This document shows positions 11,024 to 21,015 of a DNA stretch of 64,000 nucleotides, one piece after another. Source of the stretch: a virus; the IMG/VR virus record IMGVR_UViG_3300034122_002202, positions 64,001 to 128,000 of that record; one strand, 5' to 3'. The notes beneath the pieces were generated by a model. The model searched no databases. It had not been told where the DNA came from and was given only the letters and a program-made list of their open reading frames with translations. Positions within the stretch are counted from its first letter, which is position 1. Every line of letters starts with the position of its first letter. A program made the position numbers and the translations under genes.

Positions 11024-14000
11024 ATGGCTACTACTGATTTTGCTAGAAAAAGATTTTTAGATTTAACTGTTGTAGATTTTTCTTCATCTGTTGGATGGAA
11101 TGATTCAGAATCATCTGTAACCATAAATCTTGCTCCAGAAGATGGAGAAACTATAAAGTCATATAAATTAGGGGAACCACTTGAATTTGAAATGGGTTCT
11201 TTTAAATTTAATGGTTTTTTAGATAGAGTAATTGAAAAACATAATGGTAGTGGTTTTACTTATGAAATAAAACTTAACGATGGAAAAGATTTAATTAGAA
11301 ATGTTGAGTGTATTACATCTTTATATGGAACTTCAGATCCAAAAGAAGATGCACCAATAATAAATTTGTTTAATGTTTTTAGGTATCATGAATCTAAAAG
11401 TTTTGGTGCTAGTCAAACTAATGATACTGGAATGCCATATCAAAAATTTGAAGAAGCAGTAAATTATTTGTCTGCTAAATATGGAATTATTTCAGCAGGG
11501 AACGCATACTCAATTAAATTAGATTTTGCTTCACAACTACCAAAGTATTATAGGGTTGATGTTCCAAATATAAATTTGATGGATTTAATATCAAAAGTTT
11601 GTGATGACTTAGGATTACTTTATAGAATTGAACTTGATCCTATATTAAAAGTTTTTACTATAAAAACTACAAGTTTGGCAAATAATCCAGCCAATCAAAA
11701 AGTTAATGATGTGATTAAAGATCTTGCTAAAAATAAAGATGTTATATCTTGGGATGCTGGAGTTGAATCAACAAATAATATAGATTCTAACTTTATGTTA
11801 TGGGGTGGACAAAAAGAACATACCTTTGGATTTAATTGCTCATTAGACGATAGAATAAAACAATTTTTAGGATATGATATTGAAGGAACGCCATATTGGG
11901 TTTCAACTAAGTATGTTCCATATACAACATATTCATGCCCTTATTTGGGTGCTAGTTTAAGTTTTATTGATTTTGAAAAAAAATCTCATGCAGCAGCACC
12001 AGGATATTTTTGTTTTCCGATAAAAGGAATTGAAGATATAATTTCTTCAGATGGCGGTTTATTTATTACTTTGGATATAGCTCAAGTAGCAATAATATTG
12101 GGTGGACAACAAGATCTTTGGGAGTTGTACTTAGAAATAAGACAAGATCAAGGAGTAAGCGATTATTACCAACAAATATTTTTAAAACCACCTAGACTTT
12201 TTATAGCTCAAGTTGCAAACTTTATGCACTTTGGTGGATCAGATGAATATCCTGTCACAAGAATTTTTGGAGAAAAAGAAAATGATGTTGGCGTAATAAG
12301 AGGAACAAGAGTTTTTTCTTATTTGAAGCAATCTTTAGAAGCATATTTAGGCAAATCTTTTATGTTGCCAGTAAATTATAATGGAGCATTAACTAGCGAT
12401 TATAATATAAATGCATCAGATCCAACATCAAAAACAGATGGTCTTTTAGCAGGAAAACAAAAACTAGAATGGTATACAGATGAAGACGCTTTAACTCCTT
12501 CTGTATCTACAGACTATAGTATAAGTCTTGGCATTTCATATGTTTGGATTGAACCATCAACAGGTGCTGCAAGAACATCTAAGTCATCTTTAAATACAAG
12601 CACATTAAGTAAGACACAATATAATCAATTGTTTTCTGGACCAACCACATATAAATATAATGGAGATAGACTTACATATTATACATCAGCAGGAGCAGAA
12701 ATAACAAGTTTTGCTTTGCCATATTCTTCTTTTAACGCACCAGTACCATTTCCAGGTGGTTCTATGGGTGCTGGAAGTCAACTTGGAGTTAATTTAAAAT
12801 CAGCATCAGTAACTGAAACACCAAAAAGAATATACAACATTGTTCCTACTGACACAGGTTGGACAGAACCAGCATTATTAGATGCAATTATTGGATCTAA
12901 CACTCCAAAGGAGTACATATATGGAAACATTTTAGATGCAAATGGCAAAACAAATAATTATATGACATTTAAAAAAAATTCTGGTAATTTTATTTTTGAA
13001 AACAGTGAAGAAACATTTTTAGTTGATGATATTTTGTGGGTAAAGTGTTCTGTAAATTCAGAATATGCACTAATAGATAATCAAGAACATGTATCAATAA
13101 CAACAACAAATGCTGTAACTATATTTGATGAATTAATTGTTAATGAAGTTGGTTATTTTAATTTAACAAATTGTTTTTTTGGAATAAGAGACAAGAATAG
13201 TGTTTTAGGTCAGTCTATGACACTAAAAACTGGTCTTTTGCCAATATCTCCAAGTGGAGTATTAGTCAATTTTAAATCAACTAGAAATGATTTTTATGGT
13301 CCTTGGTATTTTGGAAATACTGTTGGTGGAAAAACAGTTGTTCAAAAAGATGATTCTTTAGTTCCTTGGACATTTAATTCTTCATCTATTTTAGAGACTG
13401 CTGCATCAGGAAAATTAAAAGACATTGTTCCAATACCATATATGGAAACAGGAACATTGACTAAGGTTGGATTACCAGAACATAGTTTGGGCGATGAAAT
13501 TGTTGCAAATGGACCAATACTAACATCTTTATCGTGTACCTATGGATCTTCTGGAGTAACTACACAATATTCATTTAGAACATTCACACCAAAATTTGGT
13601 CTACCATCAAGATACTTAAATGAAAGACTTAAAAAAACAGCCATAAAAGCTTACTCTGACAGAAAAAATCTTTTGGCATTATATAATGAATCACTTAAAA
13701 AAATTCAAGCTGTAAATAGAAGAAGGGCTGGATTTGCAATATCATCATTCTTTTTAGACTACTTAGGAAGAAGGAACGATAGAAATACGCCACATACAAA
13801 TATTATTATGGCACAAATAGCTGGTAGATATGGACCAACAAAAATAATTGGTGCTACTTTAAGTAACAGAGAAACAAACGCTGCAATTCATTCTCAAAGT
13901 GGAAAATATTTTAATAAAGGTGGCGTATCTCTAGATGGTTTATTTTCTCCATTCAATAATTTTTATAGCGGAATGTTATCTTCAAGTACAGCAACACCTG

Positions 14001-14878
14001 TTGGAGCACTCACACAATCAGATGCAAATATACCAACATCGTTTACATATAACCCTTTTAAAACTGGATCATATATAGCAAACATGGTTTCTGCTGGTGG
14101 ATCATGGGCTACATATGATGCTATAGGGGGGCAAAACGGAATTCTTGGTGGACAACCGATTGGTCTTCGTGGACCAATAATGGTTAGTGGTTGGGGAACA
14201 GATTTATTTACAAAACAAATTGTTCCAAATCAAAACGCTTATAGTACAGCAGCAGGATTTGCTGGACCAGTAGATTTAATGTGGGATAGTGCAAGAAGTT
14301 TATGGACTTCGCACGATATATTTCTTGGGCAAGCAACTTCTCCTATTGCTGCATACGACTTACTACTTGGTTCAAATTTCCCAACTGGAAATGTTGCATT
14401 GCAAACATCTTCGGGTGGTTCGCCAACTGCTGTAATGTCTGTACCAGTAAAGAACATAGGAAAAGAAATACCGCAAGGATCTCCTGTCATTGCCAAATAC
14501 TCTGTATATGATGGAAATTGGTATGTTGAAGGTCAAGGCACAACTACTACTACCACTAGCACTGCACCACCCCCACCGCCAGAACCACCGCCACCAACAC
14601 CAGAACCATGCACAGAATCTATAGAAGTTGTTTCTGGTGTAACTTGTGGTTCAGATGGATCTATAACTGTTGATAAAATTACTATTAATGTGCCATGTGG
14701 TAGTACAACAGTAACAACAACACAAAGTCCTTGGTATTTAAATGATGTTTCTGATCCATTAGCTTCTTATCGCCCATGCTATGCATGTAGTCAAACTAGA
14801 GGAAATGTTGTTCAAACCTTTAGCGATCAAGGAAATTGTAATTTTGTACGGGAAATGAGGCAACATCCTAATTGTTAA
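11024..14878 (+). CDS. Large tail/baseplate hub-like protein with Thr/Pro linker and Cys-rich C-terminus
   Basis: 1284 aa in tail operon; ends TTTTTTSTAPPPPPEPPPPTPEPC...CYACSQ...C. Confidence 0.6.
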   Translation: MATTDFARKRFLDLTVVDFSSSVGWNDSESSVTINLAPEDGETIKSYKLGEPLEFEMGSFKFNGFLDRVIEKHNGSGFTYEIKLNDGKDLIRNVECITSLYGTSDPKEDAPIINLFNVFRYHESKSFGASQTNDTGMPYQKFEEAVNYLSAKYGIISAGNAYSIKLDFASQLPKYYRVDVPNINLMDLISKVCDDLGLLYRIELDPILKVFTIKTTSLANNPANQKVNDVIKDLAKNKDVISWDAGVESTNNIDSNFMLWGGQKEHTFGFNCSLDDRIKQFLGYDIEGTPYWVSTKYVPYTTYSCPYLGASLSFIDFEKKSHAAAPGYFCFPIKGIEDIISSDGGLFITLDIAQVAIILGGQQDLWELYLEIRQDQGVSDYYQQIFLKPPRLFIAQVANFMHFGGSDEYPVTRIFGEKENDVGVIRGTRVFSYLKQSLEAYLGKSFMLPVNYNGALTSDYNINASDPTSKTDGLLAGKQKLEWYTDEDALTPSVSTDYSISLGISYVWIEPSTGAARTSKSSLNTSTLSKTQYNQLFSGPTTYKYNGDRLTYYTSAGAEITSFALPYSSFNAPVPFPGGSMGAGSQLGVNLKSASVTETPKRIYNIVPTDTGWTEPALLDAIIGSNTPKEYIYGNILDANGKTNNYMTFKKNSGNFIFENSEETFLVDDILWVKCSVNSEYALIDNQEHVSITTTNAVTIFDELIVNEVGYFNLTNCFFGIRDKNSVLGQSMTLKTGLLPISPSGVLVNFKSTRNDFYGPWYFGNTVGGKTVVQKDDSLVPWTFNSSSILETAASGKLKDIVPIPYMETGTLTKVGLPEHSLGDEIVANGPILTSLSCTYGSSGVTTQYSFRTFTPKFGLPSRYLNERLKKTAIKAYSDRKNLLALYNESLKKIQAVNRRRAGFAISSFFLDYLGRRNDRNTPHTNIIMAQIAGRYGPTKIIGATLSNRETNAAIHSQSGKYFNKGGVSLDGLFSPFNNFYSGMLSSSTATPVGALTQSDANIPTSFTYNPFKTGSYIANMVSAGGSWATYDAIGGQNGILGGQPIGLRGPIMVSGWGTDLFTKQIVPNQNAYSTAAGFAGPVDLMWDSARSLWTSHDIFLGQATSPIAAYDLLLGSNFPTGNVALQTSSGGSPTAVMSVPVKNIGKEIPQGSPVIAKYSVYDGNWYVEGQGTTTTTTSTAPPPPPEPPPPTPEPCTESIEVVSGVTCGSDGSITVDKITINVPCGSTTVTTTQSPWYLNDVSDPLASYRPCYACSQTRGNVVQTFSDQGNCNFVREMRQHPNC

Positions 14879-14916
14879 AATTAACATTTGCACATATAGA
14901 TTAAGGTTAATTAATA

Positions 14917-16557
14917 ATGGCAGAAACATGCGACTGTTGTTTAGATAAATGGTGTTTAATTGAAAACACTCCAGATTGCTTTGTTTGCTCTAGAAATTGC
15001 GAAAATAGAGTGGCAGAATTTGATACACAACAACTTTGTGAGTCAGCTAGACCTGCATACAATGTAAACTGTAAGGTAGAATTATTTCAAAATCCAGATT
15101 GTTGGGAATGTCAATTTTCTGCTAATGGTTCATATAGTGGTCCAGATAGATATGCTTTGTGTTTAGCAGATGCGGAAATGCTAAATCAATACATACCTGG
15201 GTGTTATGACTACTGTTATTTAATTAAATATTGTGGGTCTATAACACCAACAAGTACAACTTATAGTGGGTGTTGTTATCAATACTATTGTGATTCAAGT
15301 GGAATGTTAAATCCTACTGGAAATTATATTAATTGTCCTTTAGGAACCCCGATTGATTATTGTTACACTCATTGTTATGATGAAAATTCAACTTGTAATG
15401 GTGCAATGCCCTATTATTTTTCTGATAGCCCATGTCCAATATCCTTAACTCCAAGCCCAAGCCCTGCTACTACAACATGCCCACCATGCTATAAGTGCAG
15501 CCAAAATGCTGGAGCAGGAGAAACAATAGTAGATACATTTAGGGGTCCAAATGCATGTGTATCATGTTCTAGCGTTTTAGAATCCTATAATGTAAATTGT
15601 TCAACGACTACAACGACAACTCATAATCCATGTGCTTCACCTCCGTGTTGCCCTGATGAAACTGGAACTAGATGTGGAACTAATTGCTGTTGCTGCGGTG
15701 GTGGATTAGCACCAACAGGTCCAAATTGTGAATGTCTGCCATGTGGCAGTTCTAGAGAAGAGTGTGAGGGAACAAGTACTACCTCTACCTCTACGAGTAC
15801 TAGTACAAGTACCTCTACAAGCACAACAAATACAACATCTAATCCAATTTATTGTAGTCTTTACTCTTGTAGATGGCGAGCCGTTGGAAATCAAAGCATG
15901 GGTTATGAATGGGTTATATTTAATAATAGTTGTCCACCGCCATGTACATGTTCAGATATGCCAAATTATATGGGTAATCCAGAAGCTCTATATGCAGATA
16001 TCCCATGTTCTGGAATCAATGCAACTACAACACCTTCGCCAAATTGCATGTCATTACAATGTACATATTGGTCTGGAATGTTGGGTGTTGAATGGACATT
16101 ATTTAATTCTGGTTGTATGCCACCATGTGTATGTGGTCCAGCACCATCTGGCTTTCCAGTTGAACAATATCAATACTCATTAGCTCCATGTGTAGAAGGA
16201 ACTAGTACATCGACATCGACCTCTACCTCTACGAGTACCAGTACATCAACAAGCACTTCGACTTCGACAAGTACCAGTACATCGACTAGTACGACAGAAA
16301 CACCGACCACTACGAGTACCAGTACATCGACTAGTACGACAGAAACACCGACCAGTACGACAGAAACACCGACCAGTACGACAAATCCTAGCATGGGAAC
16401 ATGTACTCAATATACCTGTGATGGAGATGGCTTTTTGATATTTATTAATAGTGTTTCATCTACTGAGGCCAATTGTGGTAGCAGTTATTGTTATGGTAAT
16501 TGTTATGCAGACGAATCATGTAGAGGGCAAACAGCCTATCTATATTCACCCCCTTAA
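14917..16557 (+). CDS. Cys-rich modular protein with mucin-like Ser/Thr tracts (putative virion surface/fibre protein)
   Basis: Very high Cys content, repeated Cys modules, (TS)n and STTETPT repeats. Confidence 0.7.
   Translation: MAETCDCCLDKWCLIENTPDCFVCSRNCENRVAEFDTQQLCESARPAYNVNCKVELFQNPDCWECQFSANGSYSGPDRYALCLADAEMLNQYIPGCYDYCYLIKYCGSITPTSTTYSGCCYQYYCDSSGMLNPTGNYINCPLGTPIDYCYTHCYDENSTCNGAMPYYFSDSPCPISLTPSPSPATTTCPPCYKCSQNAGAGETIVDTFRGPNACVSCSSVLESYNVNCSTTTTTTHNPCASPPCCPDETGTRCGTNCCCCGGGLAPTGPNCECLPCGSSREECEGTSTTSTSTSTSTSTSTSTTNTTSNPIYCSLYSCRWRAVGNQSMGYEWVIFNNSCPPPCTCSDMPNYMGNPEALYADIPCSGINATTTPSPNCMSLQCTYWSGMLGVEWTLFNSGCMPPCVCGPAPSGFPVEQYQYSLAPCVEGTSTSTSTSTSTSTSTSTSTSTSTSTSTSTSTTETPTTTSTSTSTSTTETPTSTTETPTSTTNPSMGTCTQYTCDGDGFLIFINSVSSTEANCGSSYCYGNCYADESCRGQTAYLYSPP
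16201..16385 (+). repeat. Coding low-complexity repeat: (Thr-Ser)n plus ~21-bp ACYAGTACGACAGAAACACCG units
   Basis: Directly visible; a shorter TS tract lies at ~15772-15840. Confidence 0.9.
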
Positions 16558-16589
16558 TGCTAGTATGTAAGATGAAAAAAGTGAATTGC

Positions 16590-16605
16590 GGTGTATATAA
16601 CTATA
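16590..16605 (+). promoter_or_regulatory. Candidate phage promoter motif GGTGTATATAACTATA
   Basis: Intergenic, just upstream of AAGGAG RBS of 16622 gene; similar motif recurs before other genes. Confidence 0.5.
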
Positions 16606-16621
16606 TCTAAGGAGAAAAATC

Positions 16622-17236
16622 ATGGCTACATTTGCTTTTTATTCAGCAGGAAACGACATAGGTTCAAGTGGCGTGGGCTTTTTTGGAAGCTCTGGATTTG
16701 GATCATCTGTTTCTGTAGGTGCGTATCAAGATTCTACCTATATAACTAACAGTAATGGCACTATTGCTGGTGCTGCACTAAATAATATTAAATATTCTCA
16801 TCCAAGTTCTGGCATAGTTAATGGAATTGGATCTCCAAGCGGTTTAAATCTTCAAGCAATAACCAATGCTCAAGCCAGTTTAAATGTGCGTTTTACCCAT
16901 ACTAGCCCAGTAGCCACACAGAATGTAAAGTTAAGGATCTACGACAGATCAAACATTAACAATGCAGCTAGTGGTGTTACTACTAAAGTTGCAGAAATTA
17001 TTCATCCAACCTTAACTAATGTTTCAGATGGTTCTGGATCTGCTTCTTGGCAAACGCCAGCAGGATCTGGATCAATTGTATCATTAGCTAATTCGCCTGG
17101 AATGTCAGGCTTAAGTCCAAACGGAAGTGGAACAACGGCAGACAGGCACGATTGGTTTCTTGCTTTATCTGCATCTCCAGATTCAATTGGTTCAAAAACC
17201 CAATATGCTATGTGGGTTGAACTTGAGTATCTCTAA
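16622..17236 (+). CDS. Putative virion structural protein (Gly/Ser-rich, beta)
   Basis: 204 aa, strong RBS, last gene of + strand virion block. Confidence 0.6.
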   Translation: MATFAFYSAGNDIGSSGVGFFGSSGFGSSVSVGAYQDSTYITNSNGTIAGAALNNIKYSHPSSGIVNGIGSPSGLNLQAITNAQASLNVRFTHTSPVATQNVKLRIYDRSNINNAASGVTTKVAEIIHPTLTNVSDGSGSASWQTPAGSGSIVSLANSPGMSGLSPNGSGTTADRHDWFLALSASPDSIGSKTQYAMWVELEYL

Positions 17237-17366
17237 GTTTAAGTTCTTCTTTAATTAATTTAGAAATCTCCTTTGACCATTCGGTATCATATCCGTCTAG
17301 CCAAAGGAGTTCTTTTTTAAGCTCTTCAGTCTTTAAAGAGCTAACATCAATACCAACATCACTCAT
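17208..17366 (-). CDS. Small hypothetical protein (52 aa, MSDVGIDV...)
   Basis: ATG overlaps end of upstream ORF; the longer track ORF overlaps another gene. Confidence 0.55.
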   Translation of the reverse strand: MSDVGIDVSSLKTEELKKELLWLDGYDTEWSKEISKLIKEELKLRDTQVQPT

Positions 17367-17727
17367 CTTTGTTTTCGCCTCGGTATTTGCTCCAACCATT
17401 ATGTGGTCCATAAGAACCAGCTTCACGATCAGGCTTGCCATTAGCATCAAGCTTGCGTACTGGGAAAATCCCACCACCATCTTGTCGCTGCCCATAAGAC
17501 AATCTTGCCCTACATTTTGAGTTAGTGCAACCCATCTCAAAATATTCGTAGACTTTCTTGTTTTTCTCTACGGATCGTGTTTTTGGCATAATTGCGGTAT
17601 TGCCACACAACCCACACTTTTCTTCATTAAAGATTTCGGAAATGCCTCCTACTTCTCTAAACACATCTTTAACAGAGTCACAATCAATTTCAATTGTGCA
17701 AAACTTTGTTGGGATAATAGCCTTCAT
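17359..17727 (-). CDS. Zinc-ribbon hypothetical protein
   Basis: CGLC...CTNSKC motif. Confidence 0.65.
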   Translation of the reverse strand: MKAIIPTKFCTIEIDCDSVKDVFREVGGISEIFNEEKCGLCGNTAIMPKTRSVEKNKKVYEYFEMGCTNSKCRARLSYGQRQDGGGIFPVRKLDANGKPDREAGSYGPHNGWSKYRGENKDE

Positions 17728-17729
17728 AA

Positions 17730-18395
17730 TTACTTCCTCCAGTTAGAGTTATAGCCCTTGAACTTAACATTAATAGACGCTTGATTTCTTTGCATTTCAG
17801 ACAAATGTGATATTACAGCAACTGCTGACTTGTATGGAATTTCTTCAAGCTTTCCATTAAAGTTAAAATCCTTTGCTGCACCCAAATAAGCTGGCACATT
17901 GATATCATTTCTTTGGCAGAGAGTTTCTATGAAATTCATCTGCGTAGGAGTTATTTTACCATTAACCCCAGTTTCTTCAAGAGGAACTAGCCCTGCCTCT
18001 TCAGCAGCGATTACTTTGCGTAATTTAAGCAGCTTCCTCAATGCTCGACCTTCAGCCCTAGTTTCAGCTATTGCAGAAGAATAGACAGCAAATCGGTGGT
18101 CACAATTGCCAGGATAGCAATCAGCTACACTTTGTTGCGATACTACCTCTTCTCCAATACGAACTGTAACTTCATATTCAACAACACATCTATTATCATT
18201 TTGAGGTGTTGGTGATTGTACAACTTTGGCATTTCCATCAATAATTGGCCCAAGAAGTAGTTCTGTAACTCTCCTTAAACCATCTACTGTTGGATTTCCA
18301 TCAGCTAGTTCATCTGGACCAAAATGAGATAGGACATACTCATTCCAATCTCTACTAGTTCTAAGAGGAATTTCATTCTCTTCTTCATCTAACAT
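17730..18395 (-). CDS. Putative Rad52/Sak-like ssDNA-annealing protein
   Basis: Beta-beta-beta-alpha pattern ending AIAETRAEGRALRKLL, C-terminal 'ITPTQMNFI' helical domain. Confidence 0.5.
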   Translation of the reverse strand: MLDEEENEIPLRTSRDWNEYVLSHFGPDELADGNPTVDGLRRVTELLLGPIIDGNAKVVQSPTPQNDNRCVVEYEVTVRIGEEVVSQQSVADCYPGNCDHRFAVYSSAIAETRAEGRALRKLLKLRKVIAAEEAGLVPLEETGVNGKITPTQMNFIETLCQRNDINVPAYLGAAKDFNFNGKLEEIPYKSAVAVISHLSEMQRNQASINVKFKGYNSNWRK

Positions 18396-18398
18396 TAA

Positions 18399-19172
18399 TT
18401 ACTCCAGTTCAAAAAAACATTCCTTCGTACCATTCTTAACTAAGTCTATTGTATGCAAAAGTTTTTTCAAGATCGTTCTCATATAAAATCCAGAACTATT
18501 TCCATCTATGTTTTTTACACGAATCATTTTCATTCCAGCATTTATTATAAATCCAGTTTTTTTATTATCACTAGCCACTTGTTTTTTATGTATATCCTCA
18601 CCCCAAATAGACCTAAAATGACTTGGCCCATCTATTTCTATTGCCAAATTAAGGTCAGAAATAAATATATCTATATGTTGTTTTCTGTCAATAGCCCAAA
18701 ATTCTTTGTGAAAATCTGCTTTAAAACCTTCTTTTTTCAGTCCAGTAATCAAGAACTTTTCTAGTTTAGATCCATATACTGCTGCTGCCCTAACTGATAT
18801 TGCTGCTGCCTTTTGCATTTCTTCTACTTTTTGCACAGACTTAGCTTCCCATTGCTGTCTAGACATTTCAGCCCTTCTTTTTTTTTCATCCTCTCCCATT
18901 TCTTGCCATACATTAGCAATAGAGTCACTTATCTTATTCTTTGTAGCTTCTGATGTTTTCTTGCCTTTTGTGGGGTGTTTACACCTACCAGTTTCTATAG
19001 CTTTTTCTTGTGCTTGAGATTTATCCCTAAGTGGTATGCCAAATTCTACTAAAGCCCTTCTAACTTTATTGGGATATGTACCAAATTCTTCTGCTATTTG
19101 ATATGTAGATTTAACTTGTTGTACATAATGCTCAATTAAGTATTCATGCGTTAACTGGTTCATTTTTATCAC
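18399..19172 (-). CDS. Free-standing homing-type endonuclease (HTH + NUMOD3-like + Vsr/DUF559 PD-(D/E)XK)
   Basis: KGKKTSEATKNKIS NUMOD3-like motif; HIDIF...AIEIDGPSHF...D nuclease motif. Confidence 0.75.
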   Translation of the reverse strand: MIKMNQLTHEYLIEHYVQQVKSTYQIAEEFGTYPNKVRRALVEFGIPLRDKSQAQEKAIETGRCKHPTKGKKTSEATKNKISDSIANVWQEMGEDEKKRRAEMSRQQWEAKSVQKVEEMQKAAAISVRAAAVYGSKLEKFLITGLKKEGFKADFHKEFWAIDRKQHIDIFISDLNLAIEIDGPSHFRSIWGEDIHKKQVASDNKKTGFIINAGMKMIRVKNIDGNSSGFYMRTILKKLLHTIDLVKNGTKECFFELE

Positions 19173-19617
19173 TCCTAAATATTTCGCTTAATTTAAAGTC
19201 TTCAACCACCAAACATTTTTTATTCCACGCCTCTTCAATAGCTAATGCATGTCTATTACTTCTAGCAACCAATTTAATTTTACTGTTTCCATATATTTGC
19301 TGAATGTCTTCATAATCAAAAGATTGCAATCTCATCCATTCTAAATCCCAAACATAAAAATAAAAGCTTTTTACAGATGGATTTTTTAATATAAGTTTGC
19401 ATGAATCTATATCTGTAGCAACAATGTTCTTGCCTTTATAATTCCAAAAATCATACATCATAAAGATAGAGAATCCATTGTTTGCATTAATAGTGTAGTC
19501 ATTTTGAGAAAATACAACTAAATCATTATCATGTGACTGTTTAGTCAAAAGATATGAAAGCTGACTAAACCTTATTTTATTTACAACAATTGCTATTTCC
19601 ACTGAATAGTTCCTCAT
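19144..19617 (-). CDS. Hypothetical protein in glycosylation cluster
   Basis: 157-aa ORF, FYVWDLEW motif resembling GT-B N-terminal domains. Confidence 0.5.
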   Translation of the reverse strand: MRNYSVEIAIVVNKIRFSQLSYLLTKQSHDNDLVVFSQNDYTINANNGFSIFMMYDFWNYKGKNIVATDIDSCKLILKNPSVKSFYFYVWDLEWMRLQSFDYEDIQQIYGNSKIKLVARSNRHALAIEEAWNKKCLVVEDFKLSEIFRSDKNEPVNA

Positions 19618-20323
19618 GGATTATGCCATTTAAATCTAGACTGCTATTTATTTGAACATGGTCTTTCATTATTGACTTTATCGAATCTTGATTTTCTGGT
19701 TTTACGAATAACAACATTAAAGAACCATCCATTTTGCCACCTATTGCACCATTAAGCCTACAATCAGAATAAAGTTTTTCTATGTATGAATTCTTAGATG
19801 CTGGATCAACATCTCTTTTTATTTTCCAGTACGAGTTTATTAATTGACCTAAAAACACCCAATTTTTTTCTTGATATGCACCATAAAAATCCCCAACCAT
19901 CTTTTCAAGATTGTCCATTTTATGAAATGATTTAGCTATAGAATTATCGTATTGAAAAAAATCTTTATTTATTTCATAAAGCATAATATGATCAAAAAAT
20001 TCTTTTTCATAATTAAGCTTTATTGAAAACCAAAGATGATCTGAAATTGTTAAATAGTTCAATCCACCAAATACAGCAGATTGAATTTTAGCAAAGTCAT
20101 CATTAGGGTAAAGATCTTTTATAATTATATTTTTTTCAAAATGATTATTCATATATACATAATTTAATACTTTTAATGTTGCATCACATAGAGCTTGTGT
20201 TTCAATTATTGTATTAAAGTTAACAGATGTCCAAAAATTACATGATGCAAAACTAATTACTTTATTGGTATGATCACCAATTATAGTTATTGGTCTTGGA
20301 ATTCTAAATGCTAACATAACCAC
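19577..20323 (-). CDS. Degenerate GHMP-kinase-like protein (HddA heptose kinase-like)
   Basis: LGQLINSYWKIKR...SKNSYIEKLY...GAIGGKM..LMLLFVKPENQ resembles HddA C-domain; Gly-rich ATP loops missing. Confidence 0.55.
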   Translation of the reverse strand: MVMLAFRIPRPITIIGDHTNKVISFASCNFWTSVNFNTIIETQALCDATLKVLNYVYMNNHFEKNIIIKDLYPNDDFAKIQSAVFGGLNYLTISDHLWFSIKLNYEKEFFDHIMLYEINKDFFQYDNSIAKSFHKMDNLEKMVGDFYGAYQEKNWVFLGQLINSYWKIKRDVDPASKNSYIEKLYSDCRLNGAIGGKMDGSLMLLFVKPENQDSIKSIMKDHVQINSSLDLNGIIHEELFSGNSNCCK

Positions 20324-21015
20324 TCCATAATATTGCTTTGATCTATTGTGGATTGATTAAACTCTACATCTATTTGTGGACACGAATCATTTGTTTCTAA
20401 AAAGAAACAATTCAAATTTAAAAACTTAACTTCTTTGTTGTCTTCAGTATCATAAAATGACTTAACTGTATAGTCAGCTATCTTTGCTGGATATTCAAAG
20501 CTATATATTGGAAACTTAAAACACTCTTTCATTAAAAAGCTTGAAAAATTAGAAGATGCATCTGTAAGTCCAGCTTGAACATATAGTGGCATTGAATAAC
20601 AATTCATTGTGTTTACAAAATGATTATTTATTTGGTCTGCAAATTCTTTAAAGCAGTTGTCACCATAAATAATTTGAGGGCTTGCAACTATTTTTTTATT
20701 TGTACAAAATTTATCGCATACTTTATAGGCTAGACTTTTTGATTGTTGATATGTTTTTAAATTGTATGTTTCCATCAAATGTTCTGGTTTAGTTTTAATA
20801 ATAGTCCAAGAGCATCTTACTGAACATGCTTTTAAAACATCAATTATATTATTAGATGTTTCATTGTCCTCTATTGCTATAACTACTTTTAAAGTGGTAT
20901 TGGTAAAATCTCTAGTTATCCACCACAAGCATTTTCTAAGATGATCTGAAGATTTGACAAAACCTAAATTTACACTTAATACTTCTCTAGAATTTTCTTT
21001 AGTTCTAGTAGACAT
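20311..21015 (-). CDS. Hypothetical protein (possible degenerate GT-A fold)
   Basis: Coupled ORF in the cluster; only weak resemblance. Confidence 0.45.
   Translation of the reverse strand: MSTRTKENSREVLSVNLGFVKSSDHLRKCLWWITRDFTNTTLKVVIAIEDNETSNNIIDVLKACSVRCSWTIIKTKPEHLMETYNLKTYQQSKSLAYKVCDKFCTNKKIVASPQIIYGDNCFKEFADQINNHFVNTMNCYSMPLYVQAGLTDASSNFSSFLMKECFKFPIYSFEYPAKIADYTVKSFYDTEDNKEVKFLNLNCFFLETNDSCPQIDVEFNQSTIDQSNIMEWLC

Noticed and set aside
16201-16385. Tandem repeats as CRISPR array or DGR template/variable repeats
   Set aside because: Repeats are in-frame Ser/Thr codons with synonymous variation; no spacers, no adenine-specific differences, no reverse transcriptase in the window.
1183-16394. 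Many short antisense or alternate-frame ORFs in the track (e.g. 4108-4428, 10371-10862, 15728-16183, 16170-16394)
   Set aside because: They lie wholly within long well-supported genes and look like shadow translations; the same applies to + strand ORFs inside the minus-strand block.
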